From the NCBI GenBank assembly GCA_020632925.1, contig JACKER010000007.1, positions 116,910 to 180,909 on the forward strand: a stretch of 64,000 bases of DNA, in the 5' to 3' direction. The notes beneath the pieces were generated by a model. That model was not told where the DNA came from. It did not search any database and saw nothing but the letters and a program-made list of their open reading frames with translations. How positions within the stretch are numbered: position 1 is the first letter of the stretch; each line of letters begins with the position of its first letter. Positions 57,110 to 64,000 of the stretch are shown one piece after another. The translations under genes were made by a program, and so were the position numbers. Origin of the DNA: Alphaproteobacteria bacterium. GTDB lineage: Bacteria; Myxococcota_A; UBA796; GCA-2862545.

Positions 57110-59569
57110 TCAACCGGAAAGTGCAGCCCTCCACCAATCACCATCGGCGTCGCGGCGCATGCGGTCGCCGGTGAGCACCCAGGCGTCGCCCTTCTCCACG
57201 GCCCCACGGAGGATCGGGGCGCCCTCGAGCTCGGGGTCACCCTCGTGCTCGACACCGAGCGACCGACCGGGCTCGATCCGCGCCAGCAGGAGCCCCGGCT
57301 CGTCGGGCTCACAGCGCGTGACCCGGCCGCGGGCGTCGAGCAGCGGCTGCCCGTCCGCGCCCTCGCGAGCCACCATCACCCAGGCCGAGCCCGGGAACGG
57401 GCGACCCACCGAGCCCGGCTTCGTGCCCTCCAGGTTCGCGAGCACCGCCGCGCCCGCGACCGAGGCGTGGAACTCGAGGATGCGCACGTCGCCGAAGCGC
57501 TCGCGCACGATTCGCCAGCTCTCGGCGTCCGCACCGCTCCCCACGAGCTGCCGCAGCGGGTGCTGGTGCTCGCCCTTGCGCCGCGGTGCCCGCGCGAGCT
57601 TGCGCAGCAACGCCCCGTCGTAGACCGCGACCGTCGACCCCGTGCGGCGGATCTGGTCCCAGAACGCGTCCACGTCGTCGCAGAACGCGAGCCGACTCCC
57701 GCCCACGAGCGCGCCGCCGCCCGCCACCAACAGCGCCAGGGGGTGGTGCAGCGGCAGCGCGCAGAGCATCGTGTCGCGCGGGGTGAGCTGGCAGGCGCCC
57801 GCCGTCACCAGCGCGCCGGTCGCCCAGCGCCGATGCGTGATCACCAGACGGTCGCGCACCGCCTGGCCGGTCCCAGTGGGCACCCCGGTCAGCACCATCA
57901 GACGGTCCGGCGCGAGCGCCTCGTTCCGGGCGACGGCTGCGCGCTGGGGGCGCCGGGCGATCAGCGCGTCGACGTCGAGCTCGCCCTCCGTCGGCTCCGC
58001 GTGCGGCCCGGCGATCACCGCGACCGCGCCGATGCGATCGATCGCGACCAGGACCGTGAGGTCGTCGGGGTGGTCGCGCAGCCGTAGCCGGAGCTCGTCG
58101 CCGGGCTTCACGCCGTCCGCCGCGAGCGCGTCCACGACCCGGTCCACGCGCCGGTCCACCTGACCCCAGGTCGCGGCGCGGCCCTGCCAGAGGAAGAACA
58201 CCTCGTCCGGGATCGCGCGGGCCTGCTCCGCCAGCGCCTGCCCCATGCCCACCCGGTCGGTCGCGCTCAGGCTCTCCAGGCGCGACAGCCGCGGGATCTC
58301 CCACCGCAGCGCGTGGAGCAGCCCCGCCGCCTCGACCGAGGCCGAGCCGAGCCGGTTCCACACACCGTCGAGCGCCTGGACCGACAGCTCGTACAGCCCC
58401 GACGCGTCGCCCTCGGCGGTCTCCACCTTGCGCTGGGTCGCCTGGTCGAGGGCCTCGGGCTTCGGTCCGACGCCGGAGCGCCACGCCACCCACTCCGCCG
58501 TCGTCGGCCAGCTGATCGTCAGCGCCCTGCTGCCGACGACGAGCCCGAAGTGCCCGGCGGCGAGCGTGACCTCGTGGATCTCCGCGCTCGGGGCGGCCTT
58601 GCGGATCGCGCGCACCGCCGGGGGACGCGCCATGTCGTCGCGGGTGCCGACGAAGCACAGGATCGGGCAGGTGATGTCCGCCAGCGAGACCGTACGGTCG
58701 GCGATCAGCAGGCCGCCGCGGGTCATCCGGTTCTCCACGACCACCCGGTCCACGAAGTCCTTGAACGCGGGGCCGGGCCAGGCCACGAACCCCTCGCCGC
58801 CGAGGAAGCGACGCGCCGGCTCGCGCTTCTCCAGGGCCTCGCGGTCGTGCAGCTTCCGGAAGAAGGTCCCGATCTGCTCGATCTCCTTGCGGGCGGCGAA
58901 CACCTTGAAGCCGGTCGACGTGATCGTGCCCGGCAGGCCCTCGAGCCCCTCGAGCGGGGTGTCGATCCCCGCGCGGACCCAGCGCAGCACCCGCTCGACC
59001 ACCGGGTCGGCGACCGGCACCGGCAGCATCTTGCGGACGTCGACGGGGCTGCCGAAGGTGACCAGCGACGCGATGCCCTCGCTGCGACGGAACGCGGCCG
59101 CCTGGTAGCAGAACATGCCGCCCTGGCTGTACCCGGCGAGGTGCACGTCCCGTCCCGTGGTGGCGCGGATGGTGTCCACGGCGCGGTCCACCGCGAGGAT
59201 GTGGTCGTCGAGCGTGCGCGCGAGCCCGCCCTCGCTGTGCTCGGGGGCGCCGAAGTCCAACAGCCACACGTCGAGGCCGAGCCGGGCGAGGAACGCGACC
59301 GCGGACAGCTCCGGCGAGATGTCGTAGACGTCGGCCGCGACCATCAGCGGGGGGACGAGCAGCAGGGGCTGGACCTGCCCCTTCAGCTCGGTGTCCTCGG
59401 CGCCGTACCGGCGGAGCTGGTGGATCCCGCCCCGCTCGACGACCTCGAAGCCTGCGTTGTACGGCGCCCCCAGCCGGCCGTGCCGCAGCAGGTCCCGAGC
59501 GTTGCGCGCGGCGTCGCGCATGGCGCCCAGCCGCTTCCGGAGTCGTGGCACGTACACCCCCGGTCGCAT
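57110..59569 (-). CDS. fusion protein: N-terminal alpha/beta hydrolase + C-terminal AMP-dependent synthetase/ligase-like domain
   Basis: GxSxG nucleophile elbow HLAGYSQGGMF in the N-terminal 350 aa. The C-terminal 450 aa resemble the acyl-CoA synthetase fold (GDELRL..., LTGDRMRRDADGDWW) but with a degenerate phosphate-binding loop. Confidence 0.55.
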   Translation of the reverse strand: MRPGVYVPRLRKRLGAMRDAARNARDLLRHGRLGAPYNAGFEVVERGGIHQLRRYGAEDTELKGQVQPLLLVPPLMVAADVYDISPELSAVAFLARLGLDVWLLDFGAPEHSEGGLARTLDDHILAVDRAVDTIRATTGRDVHLAGYSQGGMFCYQAAAFRRSEGIASLVTFGSPVDVRKMLPVPVADPVVERVLRWVRAGIDTPLEGLEGLPGTITSTGFKVFAARKEIEQIGTFFRKLHDREALEKREPARRFLGGEGFVAWPGPAFKDFVDRVVVENRMTRGGLLIADRTVSLADITCPILCFVGTRDDMARPPAVRAIRKAAPSAEIHEVTLAAGHFGLVVGSRALTISWPTTAEWVAWRSGVGPKPEALDQATQRKVETAEGDASGLYELSVQALDGVWNRLGSASVEAAGLLHALRWEIPRLSRLESLSATDRVGMGQALAEQARAIPDEVFFLWQGRAATWGQVDRRVDRVVDALAADGVKPGDELRLRLRDHPDDLTVLVAIDRIGAVAVIAGPHAEPTEGELDVDALIARRPQRAAVARNEALAPDRLMVLTGVPTGTGQAVRDRLVITHRRWATGALVTAGACQLTPRDTMLCALPLHHPLALLVAGGGALVGGSRLAFCDDVDAFWDQIRRTGSTVAVYDGALLRKLARAPRRKGEHQHPLRQLVGSGADAESWRIVRERFGDVRILEFHASVAGAAVLANLEGTKPGSVGRPFPGSAWVMVAREGADGQPLLDARGRVTRCEPDEPGLLLARIEPGRSLGVEHEGDPELEGAPILRGAVEKGDAWVLTGDRMRRDADGDWWRAALSG

Positions 59570-59602
59570 CCTACTCGTGGCACCGCCGCCTCCGGTGACC
59601 CG

Positions 59603-60307
59603 CTACGGCTCGACCGTGATGCCGAGCGCCATCACGAAGGGCAGCGGGACCCCCGAGTCCTCGAAGTCCAGGTAGAGCGGCCAGGCGAAGCCGAGGGAAC
59701 CCTCGAACGCGATCGGGGCGCTCCCGGGACCGATCCGGCCGATGGCGGCGCCCTCCATCAGTAGCCCCTGACCCATGCCGGTCCCGTCGGACTGCGCGTC
59801 GTGGATCAGGCCGTGCCAGGTGGGACCGATCTGGACGCCGGCCATGGCGTTGCCGTCGAAGCGGATGCCGCTCTCCCAGCGGACCGCACCCGTCATCAGC
59901 GTCCCCGAGTTGCGCCAGGACTCGGTCGTGGTCGTGGTGCCGCTGGTCGTGATCACCGACACGGACAGATCGGTGATGCCTCGGCTGTACCCGCCGCCGA
60001 CGGTGCCCGTCAGCCCCCAGTAGATGCTGTCCGTGAAGGCGCCGTAGCCGCCCACGCCAACGTTCCCGACCAGGTACATCCCCTGGCTCGTGTACCCGGC
60101 GAGCTGGGCGCCGCCGCGCATGGCGAAGTGGTCGGAGAGCGCGTAGGCGCCGTCCGCCTGCAGCCCGCCGGTCCCCCAGTGGCCGGCGATCTGGCTGTCG
60201 CCCTTCTCCTGGAGCAACGGGACGAAGGGCGCGGGCGGACGGTAGGCGGGCGCGCACCCCGCTGTGACGACGACCACCCACACCGACCAGGACACGACAC
60301 GAGACAT
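59603..60307 (-). CDS. Gly-rich lipoprotein
   Basis: The start is set at MSRVVSWSVWVVVVTAGC (lipobox). The mature part is Gly/Thr/Ser-rich with beta-strand-like periodicity. Confidence 0.5.
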   Translation of the reverse strand: MSRVVSWSVWVVVVTAGCAPAYRPPAPFVPLLQEKGDSQIAGHWGTGGLQADGAYALSDHFAMRGGAQLAGYTSQGMYLVGNVGVGGYGAFTDSIYWGLTGTVGGGYSRGITDLSVSVITTSGTTTTTESWRNSGTLMTGAVRWESGIRFDGNAMAGVQIGPTWHGLIHDAQSDGTGMGQGLLMEGAAIGRIGPGSAPIAFEGSLGFAWPLYLDFEDSGVPLPFVMALGITVEP

Positions 60308-60355
60308 GGAACCCCCGACGAGCGCCCTTCGACGCCGCCGGGGGCCCGGCATTCA

Positions 60356-61378
60356 TCACCGATCGACGTCGACGAAGAGCCTTCGGTAGCTCTGCCAGCG
60401 CGCCTCGGGCAGCGTGCCCTCCTCCACCGCCTCGAGCACGGCGCAGTCGGGCTCCGCGAGGTGGGTGCACCCCGAGAAGCCGCAGCCGACGGCGAGCTCC
60501 TCGAGGTCGGTGAAGGTGGCGCGCAGGTCCGCCCGCGTCGGCGCCCAGGGGGCGAACTGGCGGACCCCCGGCGTGTCGATGACGGTGGCCCCGCTCGGCA
60601 GCCGATGCAGGCGGCTCGTGGTGGTCGTGTGTCGCCCGCGGCCGTGATCGGCGAGCTCCCCGGCGAGCGCCTCGCTCCCCAGGGCGGCGACCAGGCTGGA
60701 CTTGCCCACGCCGGAGTGTCCGACGAAGGCGCCTCGCCCGTCACCCATGGCGTCGATCAGCGCTGGCAGCCCCTCGCCGGTCGCTGCGGACGCGCGGATC
60801 ACGGCGAGCCCGGCGCGCTCCCAGGGGACCACGACCTCGTCGACCCAGGCGCGGTCCTCCTCGTCGGCCTGGTCGATCTTGTTGACCACCACGATCGGCA
60901 CCGCGCCGCCATGGTGCACCGCCAGCAGGTAGCGGTCGATCAGCCTGGGGCGCAGCGGGGGATCGCTGGCCGAGCTCACGATGCCGACCCAGTCGACGTT
61001 CGCGACCACGACCTTGTGGTGGTGTCGGCTGTGTGGGGAGCCCCGGCACAGGCTGGTGCGCCGGGGGCCGAGGCGGAGCACGGTCGGGTTGTCGCCGATC
61101 GTGATCACCACGTCGTCTCCGGGTGCGGGCGGCTCACGAGCGATCAGGCTCGCGGGCAGCCGGCAGCTCAGGGTCTCGCCGCTCGGGAGCCAGACCTCGG
61201 CCTCGTGGCGCCACAGGCTCATCAGGATCCCACCGGCGGTGGGCAGATCGCGGGTGCTGCGTACGGACACGTCCGCCACGTACGGCTTGCGGCGCGCGCG
61301 CTTCGCGTCACGCCTGGAGGCGCGGTACCGCCAGGTACCGACGTCGTTGTCGTCGTCCAAGATGGACCTCGGGAACAA
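60356..61378 (-). CDS. rsgA: ribosome small-subunit-dependent GTPase A
   Basis: Circularly permuted GTPase order: VVVNKIDQ (G4) before FVGHSGVGKSSLVAAL (G1) and TTTTSRLHRLPSGATVIDTPGVRQF (G2/G3). Zn-finger CGFSGCTHLAEPDCAV. Basic N-terminus as in E. coli RsgA. Confidence 0.8.
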   Translation of the reverse strand: MFPRSILDDDNDVGTWRYRASRRDAKRARRKPYVADVSVRSTRDLPTAGGILMSLWRHEAEVWLPSGETLSCRLPASLIAREPPAPGDDVVITIGDNPTVLRLGPRRTSLCRGSPHSRHHHKVVVANVDWVGIVSSASDPPLRPRLIDRYLLAVHHGGAVPIVVVNKIDQADEEDRAWVDEVVVPWERAGLAVIRASAATGEGLPALIDAMGDGRGAFVGHSGVGKSSLVAALGSEALAGELADHGRGRHTTTTSRLHRLPSGATVIDTPGVRQFAPWAPTRADLRATFTDLEELAVGCGFSGCTHLAEPDCAVLEAVEEGTLPEARWQSYRRLFVDVDR

Positions 61379-61601
61379 TGGGGTGGTACGCCGGTCCTCG
61401 TGGACCGGTTCCGCCCTCTCCCGGAGCAGCCGCAGACCGCCTGCGCGCTACCCGACGCTCACGATCCGGGAGGGGTGCGACGGATGGACAGTGGCGCTCA
61501 TCTGGACCTCCTCTCGGCAGAAGTGACGTTCGGGCCGTAGCGCGGGAGGTCGGAGCGCGCAAGTCGGCTCCCTGAAGTGGTAGACCGTGCCCGGAGGTCC
61601 G

Positions 61602-62468
61602 ATGGACGCCGCGATCGTCACCTGCGCCCTGACGGGTGTGCTCACCGACCCCGCCCAGCACCACGTCCCCGTCACGCCCGAGGAGATGGCGCGGGAGGCG
61701 AAGGCCGCCTGGGACGCGGGCGCCACCGTGGTCCACCTGCACTACCGCCGCCAGGAGCCCGGCATGGGGCGCCTGCCGTCCTGGGAGCCCGAGGTCGCGG
61801 CGGCGATCGTGGACGCGATCCGCGACGCGGCGCCCGGCCTGCTGATCAACAGCTCCACGGGGGTGGTCGGGCCCGATCTGTCCGGCCCGCTCGGGGTCCT
61901 CGAGCGCACGAGGCCCGAGATCGCCGCGCTCAACGCGGGCTCGCTGAACTACCTGAAGGCCCGCTCGGACGGGCGCTGGGCCTGGCCGCCGCTGCTCTTC
62001 GACAACCCGGTCGACAAGATCGAGGCCTTCCTGTCGGCGATGGAGCGGCTCGGCATCGTGCCGGAGTGCGAGTGCTTCGACACCGGCATCGTCCGCAGCG
62101 TCGGCCTGCTGCGCCAGGTGGGCCTGCTGAAGGACCCGATCCACGTGTCGCTCGTGATGGGGGTGGCCTCGGGCATGCCGGCGGACCCGCGGTGGCTGCC
62201 GCTGCTCGTCGAGCACGTCCCCGAAGGGGCTCGCTGGCAGACGATCGGCATCGGGCGCGAGGAGGTCTGGGCCCTGCATCGTCGGGCCGCGGAGCTCGGC
62301 GGCGACGTGCGGACGGGCCTCGAGGACACGTTCTACCTGCCGGACGGGAGCCGAGCGACGAGCAACGGCCAGCTCGTGGAGGCGCTGGTGCGGACGCTGC
62401 GCGAGGTCGGGCGGGAGCCCGCGGACGCCGCCGGCGCGAGAGCCGCCTACGGCCTGCCCACCGCGTGA
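61602..62468 (+). CDS. 3-keto-5-aminohexanoate cleavage enzyme family (BKACE/DUF849)
   Basis: MDAAIVTCALTG... is the typical BKACE N-terminus. TIM-barrel length about 290 aa. RBS GGAGGT. The ORF-track GTG at 61587 is an alternative start. Confidence 0.7.
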   Translation: MDAAIVTCALTGVLTDPAQHHVPVTPEEMAREAKAAWDAGATVVHLHYRRQEPGMGRLPSWEPEVAAAIVDAIRDAAPGLLINSSTGVVGPDLSGPLGVLERTRPEIAALNAGSLNYLKARSDGRWAWPPLLFDNPVDKIEAFLSAMERLGIVPECECFDTGIVRSVGLLRQVGLLKDPIHVSLVMGVASGMPADPRWLPLLVEHVPEGARWQTIGIGREEVWALHRRAAELGGDVRTGLEDTFYLPDGSRATSNGQLVEALVRTLREVGREPADAAGARAAYGLPTA

Positions 62469-62477
62469 CGAGCCTGG

Positions 62478-62640
62478 GCCGGGCTACGGGCTACGGGCTA
62501 CAGCTTCGGGCTACAGGCTACAGGCTACAGGTTCGGGCTACAGGCTTTGGGCGGCTTCAGGCGGCTTCGGCCCACGCGCTACGGGCTTCGGGCTTCGGGT
62601 GGGCTACGGTTTCTTGATGCTTCGGGCTGGACTCTGGGAA
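62478..62640. repeat. tandem heptamer array (GGGCTAC/GGGCTTC/AGGCTAC units, about 20 copies)
   Basis: gggctacgggctacgggctacagcttcgggctacaggctacaggctacaggttcgggctacaggctttgggcggcttcaggcggcttcgg...gggcttcgggcttcgggtgggctacgg. Confidence 0.75.
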
Positions 62641-62892
62641 GGAACGTCTGCGGCGTGCCCCCCCATGAGGCTGCCGCTCCAGGACCGGCGCGGTCTGCTC
62701 CGTGTGGTCTGCTCCTCGATCGAGCCACGCGTGCCCGCGCATGCGTCGAAGCACGCCGCGTGGCCGCCGGTCCGCGCGCTCCCGGCCGCCTCATCCCGCC
62801 CGTTGCCTCCATCGAGGAGGGAAAGGACCCGCGGGCTTCATCACGGGCGCCCGCAGCTGTCGGCCATTCTTGCCGGGCATGGCGATCTTCGC

Positions 62893-62947
62893 CAGGTGCT
62901 GTAGCCCGTAGCCGGCCTGTAGCCTGTAGCCTGTAGCCCGAAGCTGT
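62893..62947. repeat. inverted copy of the heptamer array (GTAGCCC/GTAGCCT units)
   Basis: gtagcccgtagccggcctgtagcctgtagcctgtagcccgaagctgtggcccgtccgaagccc is the reverse complement of the 62478..62640 units. Together they form a long inverted repeat around a 250-bp centre. Confidence 0.7.
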
Positions 62948-62995
62948 GGCCCGTCCGAAGCCCTCGCCTTCCCTCCTGCTTCCGCCCCTGCGCGG

Positions 62996-63922
62996 TCAAC
63001 GGCGCTTGCCGCGCTTGCCCTTGCCCTCGCGAGGGGAGGGCGGCAGGGGCACGTTGGGCGCTGCGGCCTCTTCGAGCTCGATCGCGAACAGGTCCGTGAT
63101 CTCCGCCAGCGCGTCGATGTCCCGGCTGGTCTTGGGCGCCGCCCGCAGCGATGGGTGCGGCCAGGTGTGTCCGCCGCCGCTCACCTCGAGCAGCTCGACG
63201 GACGCCCCCTCGCAGCTCCAGCTGTGCCGCTTCACGCGGGTCTCGTCGCTGCCGTCGGTGTCCTCGAGCAGGTCCTCCTTCCGCGAGGACAGGTCGCAGT
63301 CGTTCTTCTTCGCGAACAGCTCCGCCGTCTCGCTGATCGACAGGTGGTCCTTGTCGCCCGTCCACAGCGTGACCTCGTCGTCGGTGCCGGCGATCACCAG
63401 CATCGGGGCCGGGAAGCCCGGGGCCTCGCACGTCTTGGCCGCCTCGCGCGACAACGCGGCACCGACCGGGGCGTACCCCTGGAAGGTCTTCGAGGACGAG
63501 GTCGCGCAGGCCAGCTCGAGCACGAGCCGCCCGCCCTCGCCCAGGCCGGCGACGTAGACCTGCTCGGGGTCGATGGGGTGGGCGCGGACCACCTGATCCA
63601 CCACGACCTCGATCCATGCGCGGTCGCCCTCGTCCTGCCAGGACTCGCCGAGCTCGATGTCGTTCCGGGGCTCGGGGTCGTCCCCGCGCTTGCGCTTGCC
63701 GGCCTTGCCCTCCGCGGGCTCCGTCGGGGGATGGCCGGGCTTGCCGCTCGGGAACAGGAAGGCCACGCCGCGGTCCATGAAGGGGGATGCGACGTTCGCG
63801 AACTTCCGCGCGTCGCTGTCCTCGCCGTGCAGCATCACGATCAGCGGCATCTTCTGGCCGTCGTTGCCGTCGGGCAGGTGCAGCCAGGCGGTCCGCTCCA
63901 GCGTGCCGATCCGCGTGTCCAC
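62996..63922 (-). CDS. alpha/beta-hydrolase esterase (PHB-depolymerase-like family); the N-terminus may extend toward the window edge
   Basis: LIVMLHGEDSD...GYAPVGAAL...VSGGGHTWP pattern of esterase/PHB-depolymerase-like hydrolases. C-terminal Lys/Arg-rich tail. The in-frame sequence upstream of 63922 is Pro-rich and open to the window end. Confidence 0.55.
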   Translation of the reverse strand: MDTRIGTLERTAWLHLPDGNDGQKMPLIVMLHGEDSDARKFANVASPFMDRGVAFLFPSGKPGHPPTEPAEGKAGKRKRGDDPEPRNDIELGESWQDEGDRAWIEVVVDQVVRAHPIDPEQVYVAGLGEGGRLVLELACATSSSKTFQGYAPVGAALSREAAKTCEAPGFPAPMLVIAGTDDEVTLWTGDKDHLSISETAELFAKKNDCDLSSRKEDLLEDTDGSDETRVKRHSWSCEGASVELLEVSGGGHTWPHPSLRAAPKTSRDIDALAEITDLFAIELEEAAAPNVPLPPSPREGKGKRGKRR

Positions 63923-64000
63923 CGGCTGGAGCTGTTGGCGGACCGGGACGGGAGGTGCGGGCGTGGGGGCGGGAGCGGGCTCCGGGTCCGGCGCGGGCGT

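Overview
The window is a 64-kb chromosomal segment with very high GC (about 70%) from a deltaproteobacterium-like genome, probably Myxococcota. Supporting signs are MopE-like metal-binding repeat lipoproteins, several sigma54 enhancer-binding proteins (EBPs), Ser/Thr kinases, kinase-FGE fusions, and a large number of lipoproteins and Tat/Sec-exported proteins. Because GC is so high, all six frames carry long spurious Arg/Pro/Gly-rich ORFs. I called genes only where the translated protein showed recognisable motifs or a believable export signal, and I refined starts by counting residues within the ORF track. The main findings are listed here.
1. A roughly 14-kb co-directional minus-strand cluster (20185..34823) holds a complete homolog of the eukaryotic major vault protein (MVP). 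It is coupled through 4-nt stop/start overlaps to an RtcR-like regulator (CARF domain plus sigma54 AAA+ domain), a Zn-ribbon membrane protein, and a RegB/RegA-like two-component system. A UbiB-family kinase lies immediately upstream.
2. Across a REP-like repeat array and a REP-associated tyrosine transposase (RAYT), a sigma54 promoter drives an rtcB2-prfH ribosome/RNA-repair module followed by two further genes.
3. A TlpA-like thiol:disulfide oxidoreductase carries an in-frame TGA in the position of the first Cys of its CxxC motif, which makes it a candidate UxxC selenoprotein.
4. A lower-GC islet next to a tyrosine integrase carries an orphan RHS C-terminal toxin fragment and a putative immunity gene.
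5. There is a divergent EF-Tu paralog next to tRNA-Asp.
6. There is an acoR-like regulator/aldehyde dehydrogenase/DUF779 ethanol-acetaldehyde module with a sigma54 promoter and upstream palindromes.
7. Several repeat families of different structure are present.
Coordinates I counted by hand rather than deriving from the ORF track may be off by 1-2 nt.
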